DNA of 64,000 nt from Escherichia phage vB_EcoM_WFbE185: sequence record MK373778.1; one strand, written 5' to 3'. Every line of letters starts with the position of its first letter. The stretch's first letter is position 1. Shown in pieces: positions 54,000-64,000 of the stretch. Both the position numbers and the translations under genes were made by a program. The notes under the pieces were generated by a model. It saw only the letters and a program-made list of their open reading frames with translations, did no database searches and was not told the origin of the DNA.

Positions 54000-54675
54000 A
54001 GTTCCATCCAGGCCATTTTGAAGATTTAAGTCTATACGTAACTAGAGATGCAGAAATATTAAAAACATCTGAAACTTCTGTGCATGATGAGTATTTTATA
54101 CCATCAATAATTATAGGTTTTTGTTTTTTAATAGTTCTTTCTTTAGAATGCGGCTTTGAATTTGCTATTCTAAGAGCTTCTTTGGTTGAATCAGGCATCG
54201 GCTTATTCGTTTTTCGCCCTTTTCGGACTTTACTCAAAGCTAATTTATGAGCTTCAGATAGTTTCCTACCCTTATTAGGGGATGGTATTTTTCTTTCTAA
54301 TCTGGTTTTAGATACTTTAGCCTTAGTCTCTTCAGATCTAGGTTTCCCTATTTTAGAAAGTGAAATAGCCCTTTTAGCTTCATCACTTTGTTTTTTACCA
54401 GGGCCACCTTTACCACCTGGAACCAGGTTATAAGTATCAGTTCGCAAAACAAAATCTTCATTAACCAATTCTGCTTCTTTTTTATAGGCGTCCTTGGCAT
54501 TATCATATTCATAAAGAACTTCAGTATAAAAATTTTTTAGCCCGTATTTAGCTTTGGCCGCTAATATAGCGCGACCAGACCCAATATACCAATCTTTCTC
54601 TTTATGTTTTTTGTGTACACCTATATAAATTTTACCATTTATTTTATTGGTAGTTTTATACACAACGTATTTCAT
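53992..54675 (-). CDS. GIY-YIG homing endonuclease (Seg-like, freestanding)
   Basis: 227 aa; VYKTTNKINGKIYIGVHKK...WYIGSG GIY-YIG module plus NUMOD-like basic repeats; start overlaps gp33 stop (ATGA), stop overlaps gp59 start. Confidence 0.8.
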   Translation of the reverse strand: MKYVVYKTTNKINGKIYIGVHKKHKEKDWYIGSGRAILAAKAKYGLKNFYTEVLYEYDNAKDAYKKEAELVNEDFVLRTDTYNLVPGGKGGPGKKQSDEAKRAISLSKIGKPRSEETKAKVSKTRLERKIPSPNKGRKLSEAHKLALSKVRKGRKTNKPMPDSTKEALRIANSKPHSKERTIKKQKPIIIDGIKYSSCTEVSDVFNISASLVTYRLKSSKWPGWNYD

Positions 54676-55010
54676 AATAAGAAATCTAACGTATTAGTTT
54701 TTTCACCACGAGCAACTGACGGGCGAAGCATGTTTTCGTCAATTGCTTCGCTTGTAATTTTTTCAACAATTCCTGTAGGAATAAATTTAGCAAATTGTGT
54801 TTCTGGAATAGAATTTTCTTCCAAGAAAGCAGTTGTTGCTTCTAAATAAGACATACCAAATTGTTCAACCATGGATTCGATAATGAATCCGTTTTCTTGT
54901 CGGTCAAGCAATTTAGCGATATCATCTTTATCGTGTTTTACTGCTAATTCTTGTTCAGATAAACCGGCCTCATCAACCGGTTTAATATCACTTAGTGAAA
55001 ACTGTGTCAT
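54672..55010 (-). CDS. 33: late transcription accessory protein gp33
   Basis: 112 aa; matches recalled T4 gp33. Confidence 0.9.
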   Translation of the reverse strand: MTQFSLSDIKPVDEAGLSEQELAVKHDKDDIAKLLDRQENGFIIESMVEQFGMSYLEATTAFLEENSIPETQFAKFIPTGIVEKITSEAIDENMLRPSVARGEKTNTLDFLL

Positions 55011-55257
55011 AAAGCTCGACTACCTCTTCGTTTTCAGCTTCAAATTGATCACGAGCGTCTTTATGATAAAGAGCTAACAAACGATTAAACATTTTTCCAT
55101 CGACACCAAGCTCTTCTTTAGCACGAGTACGAATGTCTTTAATCAGTTCATTATATCCAGAAATTTTAAGTTTGTTATCGGAAGCTTCCTTGACTAGTTT
55201 AGCCAGTTCTTCACCGTGCACATCTTGATTAAATTCAACCGCTTCTTTCTTAGCCAT
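54988..55257 (-). CDS. dsbA: double-stranded DNA-binding protein DsbA
   Basis: 89 aa from ATG at 55257 (SD GAGGT 4 nt upstream); the longer track ORF lacks an SD. Confidence 0.7.
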   Translation of the reverse strand: MAKKEAVEFNQDVHGEELAKLVKEASDNKLKISGYNELIKDIRTRAKEELGVDGKMFNRLLALYHKDARDQFEAENEEVVELYDTVFTK

Positions 55258-55264
55258 GTTTACC

Positions 55265-56182
55265 TCAGAATTCATTAATTACACTTGTTAATTTAGAAAG
55301 ACCAGATTTTACAAAATATGAATAAATCTTGCCTTTAGGTTGTTGTTTATATGAGTTATAATACTCTATAATGGTTGAAGCAATATTATCAGGGATATAA
55401 TCAAAATCAATGAGAACCAAATTTTCTTGATACCGTTTATATTCTTCTGCACTTAATAATACTTCAGCTTGAGAACGGTCATTGGCAATTGCTTCAATAA
55501 TCGATGTTTTCATGCTCGGAGTTCGTTCACCATCAACTCTGGTAAACCAGAAGTCGCCACGAACTCGAACAGATGCAACACCATCCTTACGGTCACCTTT
55601 AAGAATTTTAGTCATGCAATCAATTTCAGCAGAACCATTCTTAATTTTAACCCATTTTTTCTGTGGTGGCGACCACTGTTTAACGTTAGGATATTTGTGT
55701 AATTGTGTAAAGTCACCATCTGATGCAACAATACATACTTTATGTCCAGCTAATGACAAATATTTAGTTAATACACCGATATGGTCATCCGCTTCATACT
55801 TGTCAATATCCATTACAACGTATGGCATGTATTTCTTAATCTCATCAACAACTTGATGGAGTGCAGTAAAATATCCTTCCCAATCCCACTTTGAAGCTTC
55901 ACGATCGGTTTTACGATTTTTCTTGTAATAGTAAGCAAAGTCACGACGCCAATAACCCGAAGTAGCATTATCCATACACAATACAAATTTTGTATAGCCT
56001 TGCTTACGGAACATCACTACGTTTTTACGAATTGAATTCAAGATTACATGGCGAACCATCGGAACGGTAATTTTATCGCCGTCTTCAAAGTTGTTTAATG
56101 CGGCTGCCAATGCAATGTTACTAAAGTCAGCAAGTGCAATACCTTCTTTGTAATCTTCATCCAACATCATTTCTAGATCCAT
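55265..56182 (-). CDS. rnh: RNase H (5'-3' exonuclease, FEN family)
   Basis: 305 aa; synteny before gene 34; early promoter upstream. Confidence 0.9.
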   Translation of the reverse strand: MDLEMMLDEDYKEGIALADFSNIALAAALNNFEDGDKITVPMVRHVILNSIRKNVVMFRKQGYTKFVLCMDNATSGYWRRDFAYYYKKNRKTDREASKWDWEGYFTALHQVVDEIKKYMPYVVMDIDKYEADDHIGVLTKYLSLAGHKVCIVASDGDFTQLHKYPNVKQWSPPQKKWVKIKNGSAEIDCMTKILKGDRKDGVASVRVRGDFWFTRVDGERTPSMKTSIIEAIANDRSQAEVLLSAEEYKRYQENLVLIDFDYIPDNIASTIIEYYNSYKQQPKGKIYSYFVKSGLSKLTSVINEF

Positions 56183-56214
56183 ATGAACCTCTTGTTCAGT
56201 TAGTCAACTTGTCT

Positions 56215-56244
56215 ATAGTAACACACTCATTTGAAAGCGTAAAC
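56215..56244 (-). promoter_or_regulatory. T4-type early promoter for rnh
   Basis: Minus strand GTTTAC-N18-TGTGTTACTATAGAC; back-to-back with the gene 34 late promoter. Confidence 0.55.
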
Positions 56245-56247
56245 TGG

Positions 56248-56255
56248 TATAAATA
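56248..56255 (+). promoter_or_regulatory. late promoter (TATAAATA) for gene 34
   Basis: Exact TATAAATA 30 nt upstream of the ATG. Confidence 0.6.
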
Positions 56256-56285
56256 AGTATTATTGAAACAATAAAGGAAAAACGA

Positions 56286-59200
56286 ATGGCCGACATCAAA
56301 CGTAAGTTCAGAGCCGAAGACGGTCTGGACGCCGGTGGCGACAAGATTGTTAACGTAGCATTAGCCGACCGTACAGTAGGTACTGATGGCGTAAACGTTG
56401 ACTTCCTGGTACAAGAAAACACCGTTCAAGTATATGATTCTACGCGTGGATATAACAAAGGATTTGTTGTTCTTTATGACAACCGTTTATATCAAGCAAT
56501 AAATGATATCGTGTCTCCTTCCGGGGCATTTAACCTTTTACAATGGCGTGCAGTTCGTACTGATGCACAATGGATAACTGTCGCTTCTGGGACTTATCAA
56601 CTTTCTTCAGGTGAATCTATTTCGGTTAACACTGGTGCCGGTAATGATATGGTTTTCACGTTGCCAAATACGCCGGTTGATGGTGATACTGTTGTTTTGG
56701 CTGATATTGGTGGAAGAACCGGGACAGTTAAAGTACAGATTAACGCGTCTGTTCAGAGTATTTTAAACTTTAGAGGTGAACAAGTTCGTACAGTTTTAAT
56801 GACGCGCCCACGTTCACAACTATTGTTTGTGTTTAGTAATCGTTTGTGGCAGATGTATATTACCGATTATGGTAAAGAATCAATCACTGTTACACCTGCG
56901 TCACCATATCAAGCACAAGCAAATGATTTTATCGTTAGTCGTTTTACTAGTGCAGCACCAATCAACATTACACTTCCACGTAATGCTAACAATGGTGATA
57001 TAATCAGCCTAGTCGATTTAGATAGATTAAACCCACTGTATCATACAATTGTTAAAACATTTGATGATACAACGTCTATTGGTGAAGTCGGGACTCATAT
57101 TGCCGAAGGCAGAAATGACTCTGACGCGTTTTTTGTTTTTGATGCTGCAAATAGTTTATGGCGTATATGGGAAGGCGACCAGAAATCGCGTCTTCGTATT
57201 ATCCGTGCGGATTCAAATATTCGTCCAAATGAAGAAGTTCTTATTTTTGGCACAAATAACGCTACAGCCGGAACTATTAATCTTACGCTGCCTTCCGGAA
57301 TTTTGAGTGGTGACACTGTTAAAATTTCAATGAACTACATGCGTAAAGGCCAAACAGTAAAAATTAAAGCTGCCGAAGGTGATACAATTGCTTCTTCTGT
57401 TGCATTGCTTCAGTTCCCTAAACGTTCTGAATATCCACCTGATGCTCAATGGGTCTCTGTTACTGAACTAGAATTCAATGGCACTACTTCATATGTTCCT
57501 GTATTAGAATTAGCGTATATCGAAGACACCGTTGCTGGTACACGTTATTGGGTCGTTCAACAAAACGTCCCTACGGTAGAACGTGTTGATGCTGGAACTG
57601 ATGCTACACGAGCTCGTTTAGGTGTTATTGCTCTTGCTACTCAAGCGCAAGCAAATGTTGATTTAGAGAATACTCCGGCTAAAGAAGTGGCTATTACTCC
57701 TGAAACGTTGGCAAATCGTACAGCAACTGAAGCTCGACGTGGTATCGCTAAAATTGCTACAACAGCACAAGTTAACCAGAATTCCACAGCAACATTTGTG
57801 GACGATACTATTGTTACGCCTAAAAAACTAAATGAGCGTACAGCAACTGAAACTCGTCGCGGTCTTGCTGAAATTGCTACTCAGGCTGAAACCGATGCTG
57901 GTCTTGATGACACAACGATTATTACGCCTAAGAAATTACAGGCCCGTCAGGGTTCTGAAACACTATCTGGTATAGTTAAATATGTATCAACTACTTCTGC
58001 TACTCCTGCTGAAACTCGTGGTACCGCAGGCACTAACGTTTATAATAAAACTGTAAATAATTTAACTATTTCTCCTAAAGCCCTTGACCAATATAAAGCA
58101 ACTTATGCTCAACAAGGTGCAGTAATTTTAGCTGTCGATAGTGAAGTAATTGCTGGTCAATCCCAAGCAGGTTATTCTCATGCTGTAGTAACTCCTGAAA
58201 CACTACATAAGAAAACTTCTACTGATGGACGTATTGGTTTAATTGAAATTGCTACGCAAGCAGAAACTAATGCTGGGACTGATTATACACGTGCAGTAAC
58301 ACCTAAGACGTTAAATGATAGGAAAGCTACGGAAGGATTATCCGGCATAGCCGAACTTGCTACGCAAGTCGAATTTGATACTGGAACTGATGATACTCGT
58401 ATCTCGACTCCACTGAAAATTAAAACTCATTTTGATTCTTCTGACCGTACCAGTGTTAATTCTGATTCCGGACTTATTGAAGAAGGAACCTTGTGGAACC
58501 ATTATACTCTTGATATTTCTAAAGCAAATGAAACACAACGTGGTACACTTCGCGTAGCGACTCAGGCAGAATCTAATGCAGGAACTTTAGATGATGTTCT
58601 TATTACTCCTAAAAAGCTTTTAGGGACTAAGTCCACTGAAACGTCTGAAGGCGTAATTAAGGTTGCTACTCAGGCTGAAACTGTAACAGGAACTTCTGCT
58701 AATACCGCTGTATCGCCTAAGAATTTAAAATGGATTGTCCAGTCTGAACCAACATGGGCTGCTACTACAGCAATTCGTGGATTCGTTAAAACTTCATCCG
58801 GTTCTATTACATTCGTTGGTAATGATACAGTTGGTTCAACACAACCTTTAGAATCATATGAAAAAAATAGCTATGCTATATCTCCATATGAATTAAACCG
58901 TGTACTTGCTAACTATTTGCCATTAAAAGCAAAAGCTGCTGACGCAAATTTATTAGATGGTCTAGATTCATCTCAGTTCATTCGTAGGGACATTGCACAG
59001 ACGGTTAATGGTTCACTAACCTTAACCCAACAAACGAATCTGAGTGCCCCTCTTGTATCAACTAGTACTGCTACGTTTGGTGGTTCAGTTTCGGCAAATA
59101 GTACATTAACTATTTCTAACTCTGGAACAGCTACTCGTCTGATTTTTGAAAAAGGACCTCAAACTGGAACTAACCCAGCACAGACGATGACTATCAGAGT

Positions 59201-60161
59201 TTGGGGAAATGAATTTGGTGGTGGTTCAGATACAACACGTTCTACTGTATTTGAAGTTGGTGATGAAACATCTAATCACTTTTATTCTCAACGTAATAAA
59301 GCCGGGAATATAACGTTTAGTATCAATGGTACTGTGATGCCAATAAATGTTAACGCTTCAGGCACGTTAAATGCGAATGGCATTGCAACATTTGGACGTT
59401 CAGTTACAGCCAATGGCGAATTCATTAGCAAGTCTGCAAATGCTTTCAGAGCAATTGGTGGTGATTACGGATTCTTTATTCGCAATGATGGCGGCAGCAC
59501 ATATTTTATGCTTACTGCATCTGGTGATCAGACAGGTGGATTTAATGGATTACGTCCATTATCAATTAATAATCAATCCGGACAAGTTACGATTGGTGAA
59601 AGCTTAATCATTGCCAAAGGTGCTACTATAAATTCTGGCGGTTTGACTGTTAACTCAAGAATTCGTTCTCAGGGTACTAAAACATCCGATTTATATACCC
59701 GTGCGCCAACATCTGATAATGTAGGATTCTGGTCAATTGATATTAACGATTCAGCCACTTATAACCAGTTCCCAGGTTATTTTAAAATGGTTGAAAAAAC
59801 TAATGAAGTGACTGGGCTTCCATACTTAGAACGTGGCGAAGAAGTTAAATCTCCTGGTACACTGACTCAGTTTGGTAACACACTTGATTCACTTTACCAA
59901 GATTGGATTACTTATCCAACAACCCCAGAAGCACGTACAACCCGTTGGACTCGTACATGGCAGAAAACTAAAAATTCTTGGTCAAGTTTTGTTCAAGTAT
60001 TTGATGGGGGTAACCCTCCTCAGCCATCTGATATTGGTGCTTTACCTTCTGATAATGCAACAATCGGAAACTTGACAATAAGGGATTTCTTAAGGATTGG
60101 TAATGTCCGCATTATTCCAGACCCTGTGAATAAATCTGTTAAATTCGAGTGGATTGAATAA
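56286..60161 (+). CDS. 34: long tail fiber proximal subunit gp34
   Basis: 1291 aa with the characteristic repeated ATPxxL / IATQAE motifs; late promoter upstream. Confidence 0.95.
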   Translation: MADIKRKFRAEDGLDAGGDKIVNVALADRTVGTDGVNVDFLVQENTVQVYDSTRGYNKGFVVLYDNRLYQAINDIVSPSGAFNLLQWRAVRTDAQWITVASGTYQLSSGESISVNTGAGNDMVFTLPNTPVDGDTVVLADIGGRTGTVKVQINASVQSILNFRGEQVRTVLMTRPRSQLLFVFSNRLWQMYITDYGKESITVTPASPYQAQANDFIVSRFTSAAPINITLPRNANNGDIISLVDLDRLNPLYHTIVKTFDDTTSIGEVGTHIAEGRNDSDAFFVFDAANSLWRIWEGDQKSRLRIIRADSNIRPNEEVLIFGTNNATAGTINLTLPSGILSGDTVKISMNYMRKGQTVKIKAAEGDTIASSVALLQFPKRSEYPPDAQWVSVTELEFNGTTSYVPVLELAYIEDTVAGTRYWVVQQNVPTVERVDAGTDATRARLGVIALATQAQANVDLENTPAKEVAITPETLANRTATEARRGIAKIATTAQVNQNSTATFVDDTIVTPKKLNERTATETRRGLAEIATQAETDAGLDDTTIITPKKLQARQGSETLSGIVKYVSTTSATPAETRGTAGTNVYNKTVNNLTISPKALDQYKATYAQQGAVILAVDSEVIAGQSQAGYSHAVVTPETLHKKTSTDGRIGLIEIATQAETNAGTDYTRAVTPKTLNDRKATEGLSGIAELATQVEFDTGTDDTRISTPLKIKTHFDSSDRTSVNSDSGLIEEGTLWNHYTLDISKANETQRGTLRVATQAESNAGTLDDVLITPKKLLGTKSTETSEGVIKVATQAETVTGTSANTAVSPKNLKWIVQSEPTWAATTAIRGFVKTSSGSITFVGNDTVGSTQPLESYEKNSYAISPYELNRVLANYLPLKAKAADANLLDGLDSSQFIRRDIAQTVNGSLTLTQQTNLSAPLVSTSTATFGGSVSANSTLTISNSGTATRLIFEKGPQTGTNPAQTMTIRVWGNEFGGGSDTTRSTVFEVGDETSNHFYSQRNKAGNITFSINGTVMPINVNASGTLNANGIATFGRSVTANGEFISKSANAFRAIGGDYGFFIRNDGGSTYFMLTASGDQTGGFNGLRPLSINNQSGQVTIGESLIIAKGATINSGGLTVNSRIRSQGTKTSDLYTRAPTSDNVGFWSIDINDSATYNQFPGYFKMVEKTNEVTGLPYLERGEEVKSPGTLTQFGNTLDSLYQDWITYPTTPEARTTRWTRTWQKTKNSWSSFVQVFDGGNPPQPSDIGALPSDNATIGNLTIRDFLRIGNVRIIPDPVNKSVKFEWIE

Positions 60162-60169
60162 GAGGTATT

Positions 60170-61297
60170 ATGGAAAAATTTATGGCTAAGTTTGGACAAG
60201 GATACGTCCAAACGCCATTTTTATCGGAAAGCAATTCAGTACGATTTAAATTAAGCATAGCGGGCTCTTGCCCGCTATCAACATCTCCTGCTTATATTAA
60301 GTTCCAGGATAATCCACTTGGGTCCCAGGTTTTTTCCGTTGGATTAAACGTTCGTGTAATAAATCCTACAACGGGTGCAGTAGTTGAATCTAAGACATAT
60401 AATTTCTCTACTGAAAACGACGCCACGTCAAGTGCATTTGTTACTTTCATGGACACATATGCTTCAAATTTTATATTTGCTCTTGTTACTAACGCTAAAA
60501 CAAACTTTCCGCCAGAAGTTCTTGCATGGTTTAATAAAGCCGGAAGTTCTGCTATTCCATTAGCTCAACAAGTTTTAAATATAGTGGACATTTCTTATTC
60601 GGCATTTTATATTTCTGGTAAGAATGCTATAGCACTAGAACATATTAAGTATAGTAATAAGAAAACTTCAACCGACTATAGTACACCACTTGATGTTGTG
60701 TACGACACGATCGATGATATTGGTGCTACCGGCTTCCCTAGTCGTACGTACGAATCGACAGACACATTTTTATCTGCTGTTGGAGGTACTAATAATGAAA
60801 TTAAAAGGATGCCTACAACGTCCATTATTACACCTCTCGCTGGGTATAAATTGAAGCCTGGAGATTTCCTTTATATGAAATTCCAACTAATGGCCGATGC
60901 TGATTTGTTAGCACAAGGGACGACACGACTTTCTATTCGTTTCTTTAAATCTCCTTCTACTTCACCTATTTCATTTAAGGATATAAACTTTGATGGGGCT
61001 GCAGGTGAATGGAAGATATATGAAGACTACATAGAAATTCCTGCTGGTGCTGACGGGTTCACGATTTATTGTTATCGTACAGCTCCAGTCGGGCAAGGTG
61101 GATTAAGAAACGTTATATTCACTGAAGTATCATGTAATGGAAGCGTTTCAAAACCTGCTGAGTTTGGTATAAATGGTATTCGTGTAAATTATGTTTCAGA
61201 ATCTTTAAGTGCTCCAGACATAATGACATTACCTACTCAATCTTCAACTGATACTGGTAAGGTATTTGGACAAGAATTTAAAGAAGCATCAGAATAA
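60170..61297 (+). CDS. 35: long tail fiber hinge protein gp35
   Basis: 375 aa; synteny. Confidence 0.9.
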   Translation: MEKFMAKFGQGYVQTPFLSESNSVRFKLSIAGSCPLSTSPAYIKFQDNPLGSQVFSVGLNVRVINPTTGAVVESKTYNFSTENDATSSAFVTFMDTYASNFIFALVTNAKTNFPPEVLAWFNKAGSSAIPLAQQVLNIVDISYSAFYISGKNAIALEHIKYSNKKTSTDYSTPLDVVYDTIDDIGATGFPSRTYESTDTFLSAVGGTNNEIKRMPTTSIITPLAGYKLKPGDFLYMKFQLMADADLLAQGTTRLSIRFFKSPSTSPISFKDINFDGAAGEWKIYEDYIEIPAGADGFTIYCYRTAPVGQGGLRNVIFTEVSCNGSVSKPAEFGINGIRVNYVSESLSAPDIMTLPTQSSTDTGKVFGQEFKEASE

Positions 61298-61302
61298 ATT
61301 TA

Positions 61303-61320
61303 GGGAGACTTCGGTCTCCC
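61303..61320 (+). terminator. intrinsic terminator after gene 35
   Basis: GGGAGAC-TTCG-GTCTCCC followed by ATTTTTG. Confidence 0.7.
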
Positions 61321-61327
61321 ATTTTTG

Positions 61328-61335
61328 TATAAATA
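61328..61335 (+). promoter_or_regulatory. late promoter (TATAAATA) for gene 36
   Basis: Exact TATAAATA 25 nt upstream of the ATG at 61361. Confidence 0.6.
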
Positions 61336-61360
61336 TGGGTATACATATAAGGAGACAACT

Positions 61361-62026
61361 ATGGCCGATTTAAAAGCTGGTAGTACAACTGGCGGTGCCG
61401 TTATATGGCATCAAGGTAATTTCCCTTTAATGCCAGCAGGTGATGACGTCCTGTATAAAACGTTTAAACTCTATTCGGAATATAATAAGCCACAAGCTGC
61501 TGATAACGATTTCGTTTCTAAAGCAAACGGTGGTACTTACGCTTCAAAGGTAACATTTAACAGTGGTGTGCAAATACCATATGCTATAAACAATACAAAC
61601 CCATGTGGTGTTTATCCAGGTAACGGTGATGCAGCTACTTTTGTTACAGCAAATATTGATATTGTTTCATGGTACGGTATTGGTTTTAAATCATCACAAG
61701 GAACAGTTGGTAGAACTGTAGTAATCAATACACGTAATGGTGATATTAATACAAAAGGCGTTGTGTCGGCAGCTGGTCAAGTAAGAAGCGATATGACTGC
61801 TCCGGTTGCAGCAAATGATCTCACAAGAAAAGATTATGTTGATGGAAGAATAAATATTGTTACGGATAACGCAAATTCCCGTGTATTGCGTAAAGGCGAT
61901 ACCATGACTGGTACTTTAACAGCACCAAACTTTTTCTCACAGAATCCGGCGTCTGAGGCTAATCATGTTCCTCGTTTCGACCAGATTGTAATTAAAGATT
62001 CTGTTCAAGATTTCGGCTATTATTAA
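61361..62026 (+). CDS. 36: long tail fiber distal connector gp36
   Basis: 221 aa from ATG at 61361 (SD AAGGAG, late promoter); the track ORF from 61325 starts at TTG inside the promoter. Confidence 0.85.
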   Translation: MADLKAGSTTGGAVIWHQGNFPLMPAGDDVLYKTFKLYSEYNKPQAADNDFVSKANGGTYASKVTFNSGVQIPYAINNTNPCGVYPGNGDAATFVTANIDIVSWYGIGFKSSQGTVGRTVVINTRNGDINTKGVVSAAGQVRSDMTAPVAANDLTRKDYVDGRINIVTDNANSRVLRKGDTMTGTLTAPNFFSQNPASEANHVPRFDQIVIKDSVQDFGYY

Positions 62027-62034
62027 GAGGACTT

Positions 62035-64000
62035 ATGGCTACATTAAAACAGATACAATTTAAAAGAAGCAAAGTAGCAGGAGTTAATCCTACTGCAGCA
62101 CAATTAGCCGAAGGCGAATTAGCGATAAACTTAAAAGATCGAACTCTTTTTACCAAAGATGACCTCGGTAATATTATTAGCCTAGGCTTTGCTAAGGGCG
62201 GGGATATTAACGGTAATGTAACTCAAACTGGTGATTATTTACAAAACGGCACGTATAATCTCAATGGAAATCAGTTTGTTTATGCAGGAAAATACATTGA
62301 ATTTTTACCTAAAACCACTGGAAATGGCGCTTGGGCTAACCAACATTCGAATAAAGCCCCTATCTTTACAGATTTAAGTTCAACTACTTCTGTTTCAGAA
62401 TACCATCCACTGATTAAACAACGCTATAAAGATGGAACTTTTTCTGCTGGTACATTAGTAAACGAAGGTAGTTTTAAATTCCATTATATTGATGAAACCG
62501 GGACTTCAAAATACTGGACTTTTAATCGAAACGGTAATTTTCAAGTTGATTCCGGAAGTTTATTAGTATCTAATGGATATTTAGTTACTCAAAGTAATAT
62601 TGAAACTAAAGCTGGTTCTTTAATTGGTCCTAAAGTTATTACCAAAAATATCAATGTGAGCACTAAATCTTGGGACACTAATATTGATACTGCATATGAT
62701 TTAGTTTCATTACCGACTTGGCAGTATACTCCAACCGAAACGGATTTGGATACTAATGGTATAAACTACCTTCGTAAATTCCGCGGACATGTTTCTTCTG
62801 CTATTTTCCATGAAGTTGCTGATGCTCGTTCAGGTAAACCACAGAATATTTCGTATTGGACGGGACGTAATGCCGAAGTTTATCAATGGTCTTATACCAC
62901 AGATGGGCGTATGTCTGTTGCTAATTCGATAGGTATAGGTCTTGCTGATGTTGGTGACCAAGGACGTTATCCATTGGTTTCGTTTGGTAAAGGTATTGCC
63001 ATTGGTGATAACGATACAGGTATTAAATGGGTTCGCGACGGCGTTATCGATTTAATGGCCAACGGTATTTCTTCGGCTACCATTTTGAACAATGGTATTA
63101 ACAGCACCAAGAAATTGATGGTTGGTTATAGCCGAGATTCAGGTTCTACTTGGGATTTCCCAAATAATAACCAAGCAATGTTTACTGCGCGTACCGATGT
63201 TGATGGTAATAATAACGGCGATGGACAGACTCATATCGGATATAGCAGCAATGCTAAGATGTATCACTATTTCCGTGGTACAGGTCGTATGTCCGTTAGT
63301 ATGGGCGATGGACTTCTTGTTGAGCCCGGCATTTTAGATATTAAAACCGGTTCAAATTCGCTAAATTTGCGTGCTGATGGTACCATCGCTTCTGTTCAAA
63401 CGTTAAAACTTAATAACGGATTATATTTTAATGGTGATGGAACTAATGCTTCTCTAGTTTTTAAAGCAGCTTCAGGTATTGATGGCACTAAGCAAATAAT
63501 GTGGGAAGGCGGTACTCGTGCAGGTCAGAACAAAAGTTATGTGACCGTGAAAGCATGGGGTAACTCATTTAATGCTACTGGTGATAAAGCTCGAGAAACC
63601 GTATTTGAGGTTTCTGATGGCCAAGGTTATTATTTCTATTCTCAACGCGTAGCTCCGACCGGTTCTGAAACTACAGGCCCTGTTGTAACTCAGTTCAATG
63701 GACAGGTTAATGCTAGAGGAAGCTTAATAACCGACGGAAGTCTTAGAGTTAACGGATTAAGCACTCTAGTTGGCAACGTTACAATGAATAATGGATTGTT
63801 TGTTCAAGGTGGTGCCTCAATTACCGGACAGGTTAAAATTGGCGGGACTGCTGATGCTTTCCGTATTTACGATGCTGAATATGGTGCTATTTTCCGTCGT
63901 TCTGAAGATAAGTTTTATATTATTCCAACTCCGCAGAATGCTGGTGAATCAGGTGGTATTTCTAATTTACGTCCATTCTATATTACATTAAGTAATGGTA
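62035..64000 (+). CDS. 37: long tail fiber distal subunit gp37, N-terminal ~655 aa (3' end beyond the window)
   Basis: MATLKQIQFKRSKVAGVNPTAAQLAEGELAINLKDRT... matches recalled T4 gp37 N-terminus; no stop within the window. Confidence 0.85.
   Translation, partial: MATLKQIQFKRSKVAGVNPTAAQLAEGELAINLKDRTLFTKDDLGNIISLGFAKGGDINGNVTQTGDYLQNGTYNLNGNQFVYAGKYIEFLPKTTGNGAWANQHSNKAPIFTDLSSTTSVSEYHPLIKQRYKDGTFSAGTLVNEGSFKFHYIDETGTSKYWTFNRNGNFQVDSGSLLVSNGYLVTQSNIETKAGSLIGPKVITKNINVSTKSWDTNIDTAYDLVSLPTWQYTPTETDLDTNGINYLRKFRGHVSSAIFHEVADARSGKPQNISYWTGRNAEVYQWSYTTDGRMSVANSIGIGLADVGDQGRYPLVSFGKGIAIGDNDTGIKWVRDGVIDLMANGISSATILNNGINSTKKLMVGYSRDSGSTWDFPNNNQAMFTARTDVDGNNNGDGQTHIGYSSNAKMYHYFRGTGRMSVSMGDGLLVEPGILDIKTGSNSLNLRADGTIASVQTLKLNNGLYFNGDGTNASLVFKAASGIDGTKQIMWEGGTRAGQNKSYVTVKAWGNSFNATGDKARETVFEVSDGQGYYFYSQRVAPTGSETTGPVVTQFNGQVNARGSLITDGSLRVNGLSTLVGNVTMNNGLFVQGGASITGQVKIGGTADAFRIYDAEYGAIFRRSEDKFYIIPTPQNAGESGGISNLRPFYITLSNG

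Noticed and set aside
54988-55275. 95-aa version of dsbA
   Set aside because: The first ATG has no SD; the ATG at 55257 has GAGGT 4 nt upstream and gives 89 aa.
57600-58700. Repeated motifs inside gene 34 as possible tandem DNA repeats
   Set aside because: The periodicity is at the protein level and is a known feature of the proximal tail-fibre subunit; the DNA copies are too diverged to call a repeat feature by eye.
61325-62026. 233-aa version of gene 36 starting at 61325
   Set aside because: It starts at a TTG inside the late promoter; the ATG at 61361 has SD AAGGAG and gives the expected 221 aa.

Overview
The window is a contiguous segment of a T4-like (Tevenvirinae, Tequatrovirus-type) myophage genome, collinear with phage T4 from neck gene 13 to long-tail-fiber gene 37. 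All gene names rest on my recollection of T4 proteins, conserved motifs and synteny; no database search was run. Plus strand carries the late structural cluster 13-14-15-16-17-18-19-20-67-68-21-22-23-24, then uvsW, the baseplate hub block 51-27-28-29-48-54, and tail fibers 34-35-36-37 (37 truncated at the window end). Minus strand carries rnlB-hoc-inh, uvsY-25-26, and a long early/middle block alt-30-30.x-rIII-31-cd-pseT-spanins-alc-rnlA-denA-nrdB-nrdA-td-frd-32-59-33-dsbA-rnh. Promoters fall into three recognisable T4 classes (early GTTTAC-N17/18-TACTAT, middle MotA-box TGCTTxA plus -10, late TATAAATA), and terminators are mostly UUCG/GNRA-type hairpins. No CRISPR array, tRNA or rRNA gene was seen. 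The content that departs from the T4 blueprint as I recall it is: (1) a complete class I DAHP synthase gene translationally coupled to cd; (2) two freestanding GIY-YIG (Seg-like) homing endonuclease genes at positions not occupied by seg genes in T4; (3) a Hoc protein enlarged by a tandem duplication of one Ig-like domain; (4) an unusually long (~295 bp) non-coding region next to rIII with a perfect 20-bp palindrome, followed by a small highly basic ORF; (5) intron-less td and nrdB. I found no clear novel multi-gene system; the DAHP synthase is the most interesting single item.
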